Notes under the pieces: generated by a model | What the model was told of the DNA's origin: nothing | Seen by the model: only the letters and a program-made list of their open reading frames with translations | Databases searched by the model: none | Part shown: positions 53,984 through 64,000 of the stretch, piece by piece | Layout of the letters: each line of letters starts with the position of its first letter | Numbering within the stretch: the stretch's first letter is position 1 | Program-made: the position numbers and the translations under genes | Assembly (NCBI RefSeq): GCF_009914755.1 | Contig: NC_060939.1 | DNA: 64,000 nt | Origin: the human T2T-CHM13v2.0 reference genome, Homo sapiens | Reading direction: 5' to 3' (one strand)

Positions 53984-55017
53984 GTGAGCCCCGCGCCCGC
54001 CCCGCCAGTGGCGCCTTCCCACCTACCCTGTGCGCGGCAGGGCTGCGGGGCCGGGCGGAGAACGGGAATTTTGTTCCGCGCAGGCGTGGGAGCAGCAGGC
54101 CTCGGCCACTCTCCGCAGGCCCAGCCTTGGGCGCGCTGCGAAACTGGGCCCACCCGCACCCTCCAGTGAGGGTTTCGAAGGGAAGGGAAGCTGGGGGCGG
54201 CGGGAGGACTGGGGAACTTGTGTGCTTTGTTTTTGTTGATGGGAATGGGGAGGAGACCGGCTGAGACTGCCAGACACAGAGACAGAAAAGGGGTGTGGAG
54301 AAAGAAAGAGGAGGTAAGAAAGGAACCCAGAGCCAGAGAAAAGCGCTCGCCCGGGTGGGCATCAGAGCCCCAAGGAAGAGGAGAAGAGAGGACAGTGTGG
54401 CCTCTCCCTGAGTCGGGCCCCAGCAGTACCGGGTCCCCGGAATCTCCCACCACCCCAACTCGCAGTTTTCCGAGTCTCTTCGCACTCCCGCCTTGGGAAC
54501 CACAGGGTTCGTTGCTGGGAAGCTGTCTCGGGACCGCGTGCGGAGCGGGAGGGGGGCTCTCAAGCTGGCAGGGCCGGGGCTTGAGGGGCAGGATGCAGCC
54601 AGGCTGGAGTCGTTGGCCATTTTGAAAGTGAGTGCGCATACCTGTACATTCGGTTCATTAAAACACGAATCATTAACCGGATGCGAAAGGCGTCATTTAT
54701 GCCGCGGACGGGGCACTGGCGGGAGGGAAAATGCCTAAAAGGAGGCGGGTGCAGAGGGTGGAGGACACTTTGAACGCCCCTCGGCTTGGGAGCCGCTTTG
54801 TGTTTAGAGTAATTTTCCCGAGGGCGCTAACAATTACCCTGAATCTACAAGGGGGCAAGGGTGCGCCGCGTGCGTCACTGTGCCCGCTCAAGTCCAGCGG
54901 GCGCACCAACCTTTGCCACTCCGTCGGCTTTCCCTCTTGGCCGCGGGGTAGGGCTGGGCGTCTTTGGGCCGCCGCAGGGCGCCCCCCTAATCGCCTGTCA
55001 TTTCTCGGCCGTCGCAG

Positions 55018-55108
55018 GTGTTCGCGCCCGAGAGGGATGAGCACGTGAAGAGCGCGGCGGTGGCGCTGGGGCCCGCGGCCTCCTACGTCTGCACCCCCGA
55101 GGCCCACG
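55018..55108 (+). CDS. SKOR1: SKOR1 coding exon 3 (VFAPERDEHVKSAAVALGPAASYVCTPEAH)
   Basis: gtcgcag|GTG ... CACG|gtaacg; branch-like ccctaat upstream; frame continuous. Confidence 0.93.
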
Positions 55109-56029
55109 GTAACGCCTGTCGCGGCCGCTGGCCACTGTAATGGGGGAACCGCAGACAGAGGGCCGGGGTCAAGGAAGGCCTGCGAAGGAAGACAAGGAGA
55201 GAGACGCAGAGAAAGAGGGAGAGGGAAAGAAAAATAATGAAAACAAGGAAGCTAAGCTAGTACTCCCAACAACTTCCAATCTTTAGTTACTTAAAAACAA
55301 CAGTGACAACGCCCTCTCCACCACACGCACACACATGCTGCAGTACACCCAGACACGGCGTTAAACCCTTAACAAAATCACGCCCGACACGGCCTTCAAA
55401 TCCTCTCATTTATTCAGCAAGTGTGTTTGGCCGCGGGGTCCCCTTTGGCTAGGCCGGATCGGGGCGGAGGATGGGGGCACATGGCCGCGCGCTTGGGTAC
55501 CCCAGAAGCGCCAGGGTAGCTGAGGCCCATCGCGGGGTGGTGGGGGCCGCCCTGCACTTGCGCGCCTTACCAGGTTCCTCACAGAGGAGGGGTTGGGGGC
55601 AGCGGAAAATCGGGCAGGTCGAGGCAGCCGAACCCCGGACGATGTCCCCCCACCCACCCCGAAGGTCGCAGCCTGGGCCGCGTTCTCAGCAGGAGTCGGG
55701 CGGACAGACCCGGCGGCCACGCGCGCTCGCGGTGCCCCAGTATCTGCGCGCGATGTAGGTCGCTCGTCCCTGGTGGGCTCGGCTGCTCGCCTAGCTCTTT
55801 TCCAAGGGGCTGGGGCGGGGGCCTGAAGCCCGGAGATGAGCAGACCAGGCGCGGGGGTGGGGGGTGCCCGGCCCAAAGCCTCAGGGCGCGCTCCTGGGCG
55901 CACAGCCGGGAACCAGAGGCGGCCACGACGCTTTTAATTAGGGCTGGGGCGCCCCGACCGCGGCAGCTCCGGCAGTATCCGGGTCACGGTTTCTTTGCCT
56001 CTCTTGAAATTCGGTTTGTTGCCTTCAAG

Positions 56030-56137
56030 AGCCAGATAAGGAAGACAATCACTCGCCCGCCGATGATTTGGAAACGAGGAAATCCTATCCAGACCAAAGG
56101 AGTATCTCCCAGCCAAGTCCTGCAAATACAGACAGAG
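56030..56137 (+). CDS. SKOR1: SKOR1 coding exon 4 (EPDKEDNHSPADDLETRKSYPDQRSISQPSPANTDR)
   Basis: ttcaag|AG ... AGAG|gtgagc; 108 nt, phase 1-1. Confidence 0.92.
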
Positions 56138-56656
56138 GTGAGCCAGCCCTTGAACCCATCGCTCTCCACCGCACCCAGGAGCTGGGACCCAGGTCGCCCA
56201 GGTTCCCAGAGGCTTGCGAGAAAGGCTTTTAATCAAGTGTAAGCGGCTGCCAGTCTTCTTCCTCGGCGAGCAGATAAATATTTAACGCGAGCAGGGTGCA
56301 GGCCAGGTTTTCTGAATTGCTGCCTCCTTGGTGGGTTTGAGGTTCTTTCAGGTAAGGGCAGAGGATGTACTAAAAGGAAATGGAGGGACGTCCTCACCCA
56401 CATAAAATAGGTCAAAGGGCATTTCCTGCCCTTAGATGGCCCATCTTCCCTGGGCCGTCTCCTCCAGGGGTCACTCTCCTACTCTCTACTGTAATGTCCT
56501 AGAAGGTGGATAGTACTGGATTCCTGTAACTGTCTCCTCTAAAGGCAGAAGGTCTAGGGTAGGTCCCTGATTCGATGTGGTTCCTGGGAAGCTCACCCCT
56601 CCCCTCTCAAGGGCTTTCCTAGGACAGAACCCCTCTTACCTGCCCCTGTATCCCAG

Positions 56657-56728
56657 GCGAAGATGGGCTTACCTTGGATGTCACAGGAACTCATTTGGTG
56701 GAGAAAGATATCGAGAACCTGGCCAGAG
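56657..56728 (+). CDS. SKOR1: SKOR1 coding exon 5 (GEDGLTLDVTGTHLVEKDIENLAR)
   Basis: tcccag|GC ... AGAG|gtgagg; 72 nt. Confidence 0.92.
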
Positions 56729-58113
56729 GTGAGGATAAATTTGTGAAAAAGGTGTACGCTGTGCTTGAGAGTGATGGGTCATTCCTGTAGAGGGGTGTTA
56801 TCCCTGTAGGGGGTGAGTGTGGAAAAGACACTCACCAAGGCCTTGGGGGCATGAGTTTTCCTTTCTTTGGGTGGAAAGTAAGATCCTCTGGACACATTAC
56901 CCTGGCACAGAGGTATGTATGTGTGGGTAGAGCATGGGAGTAAAACAAACCCCCAGAAGTTTATTGGAAGTTTGGGTTCCCAAGGCCCGGGTCTGTCTGA
57001 ATAGCCTTGCCAGAAAGAGAAATGAGTAACGATGATCAGAATTTTTGATGCCTGTGGACAATCAGACAGGACAGTCTGGGTCCGCTGAATTCAATGGAAA
57101 ACAGGATTTCAATGCAGGATTGCAGGAAAGCATTTATTTTAGGAATGTGAGAGGTGTTTTCCTTTCTCCTGGCATTGAGGTATAACCACCTCCACCTTAC
57201 CCTAAATGGAGTGTGGATGGAGCTTGTTTGCAGAATGGGGATCCCTGTGTTACTGCTCAGCCTGTAAGGAGGAGACTATGGCTTGGGGTGCAGAGTAGGG
57301 GAGTCCCTAGCCCCACTTTGCCCTTCTACCTTCCATTCTTGCATTTCAGAGGAGCCTCTCCTGGAGGAGGGCCCAGATACCAATGACCTCATGGTCAGGG
57401 CAGTTGCCACATCTATCCCTCTGGAGTTGGTTCTGAGGGCACTAACAGAGGCCTCTACACCTAGCTCCCTGCCCCTCAACTAGCCCATAGATGGTCTTGG
57501 GAATTTGTGGCAGGAGGAAGACAAGCATTGGTGGTCTTCCATTCTTCCTAGTTACAGATTTACAGAAAATGCCATTACCTTCAAAATCACTGGTGCTTTA
57601 TAGTGAGGGTTCTTAGCATGGATTTGGCAGTCTTCAGACCTCCTGAAATTGTAGGCAAACTGTTGTATGTGTATTTTTCTGGGAAAGGTGTCCAAGGCTC
57701 TGACCAAAGCCTCCCTGATTTATATTGAAAGGGCGGCGGTGCGGGGGGGGGGAGGTCGGGGCCGGGGCGGGGGCGGGGTCTGTCACTTGAAGTGGGAAAT
57801 CAAGTTTCCGTGGGCCAGCCTCTTAGGTTAGGGAGTGAGGAACAACTTAAAGCAGTTGCCCAGCTGCATAGTTCCTGGAGCCAGGGCCTAGATTCCACCG
57901 TCCTGAATTTATTCTCCTGGGCATCCTACCCACAGCCCAGTTTCTTCACCCAAATCCTTTGAATGCAGTTGGTAAAGCCAGAGAGCGGAGGGCCTCCACC
58001 TACTGGTCATCCTTCTCAACTCTCCTTTCAGGGTTGTTGGCCAAGGCAGAACCTGAGCTCCAAATAACCCTGCTTTACCTCCCACTTTACCTCCCACTTT
58101 TCCCCTTTCACAG

Positions 58114-58188
58114 AGGAATTGCAAAAACTGCTCCTGGAACAAATGGAGCTCCGCAAGAAGCTGGAACGGGAATTTCAGAGTCTCAAAG
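58114..58188 (+). CDS. SKOR1: SKOR1 coding exon 6, coiled coil (EELQKLLLEQMELRKKLEREFQSLK)
   Basis: tttcacag|AG ... AAAG|gtaccc; 75 nt. Confidence 0.95.
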
Positions 58189-58446
58189 GTACCCACTGCC
58201 ATCCTGCCTCACCCCACCTCATCACCGAGCCTTCCACCAGGGTGCCCCGACCTACTCCGAAAGCCGGGTGCCAGGCAACTGGTACTAGGTGCCCTGCAGG
58301 AGACAAGAAACTGTCCTTTTCCAGGGCTGCAGGCGAATGGCTGGGTGGGAGTTGCGGGTAGGGGTGAAAGGGGGGGCCAGGAGTGAGAAAGTGGAGCCGG
58401 GAGAGGGGGCTGTGCGTAACAGCTCTCACTTAATCAATTTGCACAG

Positions 58447-58521
58447 ATAATTTTCAGGATCAAATGAAGAGGGAATTGGCTTATCGAGAAGAAATGGTGC
58501 AACAGCTGCAAATTGTCAGAG
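58447..58521 (+). CDS. SKOR1: SKOR1 coding exon 7, coiled coil (DNFQDQMKRELAYREEMVQQLQIVR)
   Basis: gcacag|AT ... AGAG|gtaaga; 75 nt. Confidence 0.95.
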
Positions 58522-59031
58522 GTAAGACGGGAGTCAGGTGAGCTCGTGCACGGGCCGTAACTGCCTCTCGTCTGGCAGGAGCCGCAATGTTGGCTCAGTC
58601 ATTTGGATTTAAATTGAAGGTAATTTAACAATTATTTTTTTATTTAATATGCTTTGTATACTCTGATTAGCCTCAGAATGGCAAGCGAGCCCAGCAAACG
58701 GCTTGCAGGCATCATTACATGGAGTGATTGAACTTCTTATCGCGGCAATTTCCATGGTTTCTAAATTAAAAATCGAGGCGTAAAATTACCTGGGAAGTAA
58801 TGCCTAAGTTTGCTTTAATTTTGGTTAGATCCATCTGCCTTTAAGCGCCATCCCAGGCCATTTCCTTCCTCCGCCAGTCTGCAGTTAGGAGCTCCGGTAC
58901 CCCCTCCCCCATCCCTGGAGTTGTTTCTGCGCGGAGCTTAGCCCTGGGGAGAGGAGGAAGCCCGGGCTGTGACCCCGGCCTTTCGGAGGGTGGTCTGCGT
59001 TTCCTCACTGGCCCCTCCCCTTGTCTTCCAG

Positions 59032-59097
59032 ATACCCTGTGTAACGAACTCGACCAGGAGCGGAAGGCGCGCTATGCCATCCAGCAGAAATTGAAAG
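59032..59097 (+). CDS. SKOR1: SKOR1 coding exon 8 (DTLCNELDQERKARYAIQQKLK)
   Basis: tcttccag|AT ... AAAG|gtgcgg; 66 nt. Confidence 0.95.
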
Positions 59098-59289
59098 GTG
59101 CGGAAGCCGGGAAACAAAGATAGGAGGGGTGCTGGGTGCCGGCCGTGCTGTCGACTGAATGAATGAATAGTGGGACTAGTGAGGAAGGCCACGATCCACG
59201 TGGATCAGGATCTGTGAGGGAGAAAAGTGGGAACTGATTTTAACGGGAAGATTATTCTAGGATGGTGGGGGTAAAAAGAAAGAGCCCCT

Positions 59290-59400
59290 TGGGCTTTGGA
59301 CGTCAGAAAAATCTGCCTTCTATTACCAATTCTGGCTTTGAGCAGGTTGACTCCTCTCTTACTGTGCCTCAGTTTCCTTTTCTGTAAAATGGGGCTACTG
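59290..59400 (+). mobile_element. MIR in SKOR1 intron 8
   Basis: ggctttgagcaggttgact...tgtgcctcagtttccttttctgtaaaatgggg. Confidence 0.7.
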
Positions 59401-59581
59401 AACCAGAGCAGTGGTTCTGAATCACCAGCTTTTGTCCTACCCTCCTGCCTCCTCCTGATCCGCTCGGTTGAGATTCCCTGACCCCAAAGGGTTGGTAAGG
59501 CCGGGGAGGGGAAAGGGTGGACTGCGCGGTGAGGTGAGCCTGGAGAGGCGCCCAGAGTGACCCTCGCGACTGTCTCCCCAG

Positions 59582-59676
59582 AAGCCCACGACGCCCTGCA
59601 CCATTTCTCCTGCAAGATGCTGACGCCCCGCCACTGCACTGGCAACTGCTCCTTCAAGCCACCGCTGTTGCCCTAG
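59582..59676 (+). CDS. SKOR1: SKOR1 terminal coding exon (EAHDALHHFSCKMLTPRHCTGNCSFKPPLLP*)
   Basis: tctccccag|AA; TAG at 59674-59676; exon sum 107+2209+91+108+72+75+75+66+95 = 2898 nt = 965 aa + stop. Confidence 0.95.
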
Positions 59677-60420
59677 GGCCGGCCTGGCCGCACCCCTGCG
59701 CCCTCAAGCCATGCTGCTCCTTGTAAATACCCGCTGCTGCGGTGGCCCTGAGCGAGGAACAAGCCATTCGGACCCGACCGATGTAAATACAGCCGCCCGT
59801 CCGCCCGCCTTCCTCCCGGGCTCCCCGGCCTTGCCCGCCCCCTCCCGGGCGTCCCTGTCCAGGGCCCCGGCTTGGTTTCCAAGTGTAAATACCGCCTCGC
59901 GCCTCAAATCCCCCTACCCCGTGTGAACTCTAGGGCATCGGACCTCAAGGGGTTAACTGGACAGACGGGGGGCGGGAGGGGAGAGCGCCCCCTCCCATTG
60001 TATAGCCTTGAACCCGATTGTGAATACAATGTAGCAACTTCGCTGGCGCCTGCCCCGCACTCCCCGTCCCGTCCACTTCTGAAACTCCTGTTCCTAATGA
60101 CAAAGTGGCTATGTGCAATGGATATAAATGTACTGTGAGTCTCTCGGTTCAGTATTAGGTTCACTTTAATTTATTTGTGCTGTAAGTTATTTTTGCTTCC
60201 TTCTCCTGGACCCACTTCCAGTCCCGTTTTGCATTCCCCTTTGGATTTTGCTTTGGCTATTTTTTGTTGTAACCTCTTGATGTAACAGCACTTTAAAAGG
60301 GCGACAACTGACTCACGAGATGGCAACCACCTGGAGCCTGTTTGGGGAGACCACCCTGTACCCGTGACTTTCGTTTTTAATAATAATAATAATAATAAAA
60401 GATGTCACTTCTGGGGCTAC
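59677..60420 (+). other. SKOR1: SKOR1 3'UTR (3' end approximate)
   Basis: Stop codon to first AATAAA. Confidence 0.75.
60394..60399 (+). terminator. SKOR1: SKOR1 polyadenylation signal AATAAA at the end of a (TAA)n run
   Basis: ttttaataataataataataataaaagatg; first AATAAA downstream of the stop. Confidence 0.8.
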
Positions 60421-62200
60421 GGAGGTGGGAGTGCACCGGCGGAGCGGGGCGGCGGAACACCGTGCAACAGGTGGGGGTGGGAGCCGCCCCGCGGGTTCTG
60501 GGGCTCCCAGGGTCAGAATCGGGCCTGCTCAAGTGGGCAGCAGCGAGCACTCAACCTCTCCACTGTGCCCTCCAGACACACTCAGTTTTCCCCCACAGGG
60601 CACTCCCTCTCCGCGTTTAGGACCCTCCCTTGGGCCCGGGATGGAGGAGGGGCATTACGTCACGGTCCTTAGCGCAGCGGTCCCGGGCTCTTTCCTCAAG
60701 AGCTCGAAGGCGCCGAGGGTTCATCCATGCCCATTTCCACGCCTGCCACACCGGGGAAGTTACCTCCGGGGCGCTCACAGACAGGGCGCCCTGCCGGGAA
60801 TCCCAGGTTCAACCAGAATTGTCCCTTTAGATGGCGCGGGCACCGCCGGCCTGGCCTGGCCTGGGAGCGCTGCGGCAGGGCGGAGGTCTCAGGGAGTAAG
60901 GTGGTCTCCGCCGGGCAGGCTTGGAAAGGAAGGCGGGACTTGGAGAGCTCGGTCACAGACGGCCTCCCGTCTGCCCCGCCGCTACCCGAAAGGAGGGAGC
61001 CCCGTCCGCATTTTCTGTTCGGTCCATTTTAGTTCGAGAGGGGCTAAGGACTCGCCGGGCCTCGGCTGGGGCGTCCGACGTCCGGGTCACGGTTGGCAAG
61101 GCCTCCCAGCGGCCTCAGTTTCCACAGCGCACCTCCTGCTTGGGCTACAGACGACGCTGCAAATTGCAGAACACTCTTTGCAGGGAGGAGAGTGTGGATG
61201 GAGTGGGAGAGAGCTCACGGCACAGGGAATCATTCAGCCTTGGCTTTCATTTCTCGCCCTCGGCTGGCTAGTGGGGGTCCCGGGTTGAGCCCTTCTTTTA
61301 TCTTTCCTGGGTCTCCGTTTCGGCCTCTATGAAATAACACGCAGGCCTCCGTCCATGCGGCTCGTAGAAGGCGGGCGGCAGGCCCCGCGCCACCGGCCAG
61401 CAGCTCGGGACCGGGAGCCCTGGGCTGAGGGGGCCGGGAAGTTTCGTGGCGGGTTGTCTTGGTGGGCCTTGGACGGAGCCGGCTAGTAGGGGCGTGCTCT
61501 GGGCCTCCCCGAAGCTGTGCAGACGAGGAGTCCCGCTGCGCGGTACAGCCAGGAAGCCAGTCCCTAGATTCCTTTGCGCTGGGGGTCGGAGCCTTGGAGT
61601 CCCAGGATGTTCCGAGGGCTAAGACCAGAGCGGACACAAAGGAGATAACAATGAAGAGGGCGCCGGCAAATGGCGAAGCATCGCCTCCGGACAGGCCATC
61701 TCCGGGCAGGGCCCCTCTAGGGAGCGGGAACGTTTCATATGCATGGGACCCACCAGATCCGCTTTCCGCTGGACCGGTGGCGAAACTGAGGTCCAGAGAG
61801 GAAGAGACTGGAGTCTCCAGGCCGCGCCAGGGCCCGCGGAACTGCGACGGGGCGGGACAGCGCGGGTGTGGGAGTTTGCCGGCCCCTTTCCCCACCGCGG
61901 ATTGCACCTTTGGAAGCTGCACTTTTCTTCTCTGTAAAATGGGCATAACCATTACCACCCAGGCAGGAAGTTCCGTGGCTGCAGCTCGACAGAGGAGCCA
62001 GGCAAATGCTCCTTCCCACCCTTCCTTCCCAACTCCCCCCAAAGTGGAAAAGCTCCTAGGCAGCTGGGGCCCTCCGGAAGGGACGCCCCATCTGGGCAGG
62101 AATCTCTGCGGACTGGAGTCGTAGGCGGATCCGACCCAGAAAGCTCAGTCGCAAAAACCCTCCCGGGCTTCGCGTCCCTTCAGAAGTGGTTTGTTCCCCC
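60420..62200. promoter_or_regulatory. CpG island immediately 3' of SKOR1
   Basis: High GC/CpG with no coherent coding signal. Confidence 0.7.
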
Positions 62201-63524
62201 CAAAAATGTTAATAACCAAACGATTGGTATGGATGTAATTATCAATAATTATACTAATTATTGCTGATTGCGGGGCTCGTAGCTACTTTAATTAGTTTAC
62301 CAGATTCTAATTAAGTTAAATGAAACATTAATAGGGAAAATATGCTTTGAAAAAAAAAACCCAGGATTTAAAAAAAGTCTATTTCTCGCCACAATGTTGC
62401 CACCTTGCGACAGATTTTAAGCATTACAGCCAACGCCCGAAGGCCCAGACCAGGGTGCCTGGGGTCCCAGGGAGAAAAAGTGGGGCCTGGAAGTTGGAGG
62501 AGGCAGTTGAACACAGAATATCCTGTGGGCTGTTCTCCTGGAGTGTTTGGTTTGGCCTGGTCCCCAGCGGTGCCTACAGGAGGTCTGGCTCTGGAGTCCC
62601 AGGTCTGGGGTAAGGGACAAGAGTGCACGGAAGCCGGGGCCCCTCTTGGGATCCGCAGTGGGAAGATGATCTCTATCCCCACCTGTTCTGGCAAATCCAG
62701 AGTGAGAGACTGAGCAAAGTTGGAGCCGCCGTTGGAGACAGCATCAAGTGGGTTTATTTTTCACCCCCACGGGAGAAAGCAGTAAGTCCCTTCCCATCTC
62801 CATTTCCTCTGCAAATCAGGGTAACCTGTGTGCAAAAGCACCACTTAGAAGACCCCTTAACTCCTGGAGCACAGGTGACTCTGTGTTCTAGTGGCACTCG
62901 GTTCATGAGGCTAGCAGGGCACTCACCTCCCTTTGTTATTCTTGGTTGTAAGTGTCTGTTGCCCTAAGACTGAAAGTAAGTCCACAGCAGGGGTCACACC
63001 TTGCTTTTCCTTGCAATCTTCAACACAGGGCCCAGGGCTCCACAGGCACACAACACATGTGTAGATGAAAGGCTTCCAACTTTGCGGTTCATCTAGGTGC
63101 TGAAAATGTCTGAGGGAAGGAATCCCTAGGTGCTTCTGGACAACAGCCACTGATAAGCAATTAAGCTCATTTGCATAAGGTTAATTAAACACAGGTTTAC
63201 TGCTCAGAAAGAAGATCCTTCATCAATAGGATTCGTTTTGGGAGCAGGTATCAGGTAAGTGATTGTTAACCTAGAAAAGGAAAACTTTGTTCCTGTTCCA
63301 ACTGTGTCCTAAAGGGGGTATTCCTTCACTCCGTCATACTTTTCCAGGTCACTGGCACACAGGTCCACCCATTCGTAGCTACCCTGCTCTAAAGCCTTGA
63401 TCCGTTGCAAACATGTGACTCCTGCCTTGAATTCAGAACACCAACAAAAGCAGAACTGGATCTGCATGCTCTTCCCATGAATTCTAAACAGCCTCATCTC
63501 CTCTCTCCATCCTCAGATGCTTGG

Positions 63525-63740
63525 CTAAGAGCACAAACTCTGGAGCCAGATTTACTGAGGTCTCAATGCTGCCCTGTCATTGATGAGTGACATTGGGCAA
63601 GTTGTTGAATCTCTCTGTGCCTTAGCTTCCTCATCTATAACATAGGGAGATTAACAGTACCTACTTCATAGAACTGTTTTCTGTTAATATATGTAAAGCA
63701 CTGAGAACAGCTCCTGGCATACAAGAAGTGCTATTGTATT
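63525..63740 (+). mobile_element. MIR
   Basis: ctctggagccagattt...tgacattgggcaagttgttgaatctctctgtgccttagcttcctcatctataacatagggagattaacagtacctacttcatag. Confidence 0.85.
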
Positions 63741-64000
63741 GGTGTTTGCAAAGATTACAACTCCCTCTGAATTCACTTTCCTGAGACTCAAGCCAGGAAT
63801 GCTTTTAGAGTCCCAAAATGTACCCCAGTCCATCACCCTCCTCTCCTCCAGGGGCCCAGAAAGGGGGCCCAGAAAGGAGGACAAACCGGTGCTTTTTCAA
63901 GCCTGGACTATTGAGCTTTCTGAAGACACATTCATAAGAATCTACAAGCACAGAGGTTGGAAGGGCATCCTGCAACGCCAATGCATGGACTATTGAGTTT

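Larger units (their letters stand above)
50950..56300. promoter_or_regulatory. CpG island covering SKOR1 exons 1-4
   Basis: Very high CpG density across exons and introns. Confidence 0.85.

Noticed and set aside
53984-54169. C-terminal tail of the 794-aa ORF (VSPAPAPP...TRTLQ)
   Set aside because: Read-through into intron 2 past a consensus AAG|gtgagc donor; the real frame continues at 55018.
51802-54639. Numerous antisense and alternate-frame ORFs over SKOR1 exon 2 (up to 378 aa)
   Set aside because: Shadow ORFs of a very GC-rich coding exon.
60425-62124. 287-, 270- and 221-aa ORFs downstream of SKOR1
   Set aside because: CpG-island artefacts with non-ATG starts, one containing a MIR-derived stretch; no recognisable homology.
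63169-63176. Octamer as a snRNA distal sequence element
   Set aside because: No PSE or snRNA coding sequence was seen nearby in the window.

Overview
This is primate, very probably human, genomic DNA: Alu/MIR/L1/L2/MaLR-rich with spliced genes. It matches the MAP2K5-SKOR1 locus (15q23), known from restless-legs-syndrome and BMI association studies. Positions 1-32505 are the distal part of the long last intron of MAP2K5 (MEK5). The MAP2K5 terminal coding exon is 32506-32610 (+), with AATAAA at 32949. A repeat-rich intergenic stretch (~33-45 kb) follows, then a multi-kb CpG-island domain holding the complete SKOR1 (LBXCOR1/Fussel-15/CORL1) gene. I reconstructed nine coding exons from GT-AG junctions (51442-59676, 2898 nt = 965 aa + stop), with a polyA signal at 60394. 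No tRNA, rRNA or CRISPR features were seen, and almost all other listed ORFs are repeat- or GC-content artefacts. I found no wholly new gene system. The best second-look items are: (1) the first coding exon of SKOR1 looks like an exonised MIR SINE, with several competing upstream first-exon donors; (2) three identical Pumilio-type UGUAAAUA elements plus miRNA seed sites lie in the SKOR1 3'UTR; (3) homeodomain/PBX-MEIS motif clusters spread through the MAP2K5 intron and around SKOR1 suggest a regulatory block serving SKOR1; (4) a perfect 36-bp tandem duplication. Repeat boundaries and subfamilies were judged by eye and are approximate.
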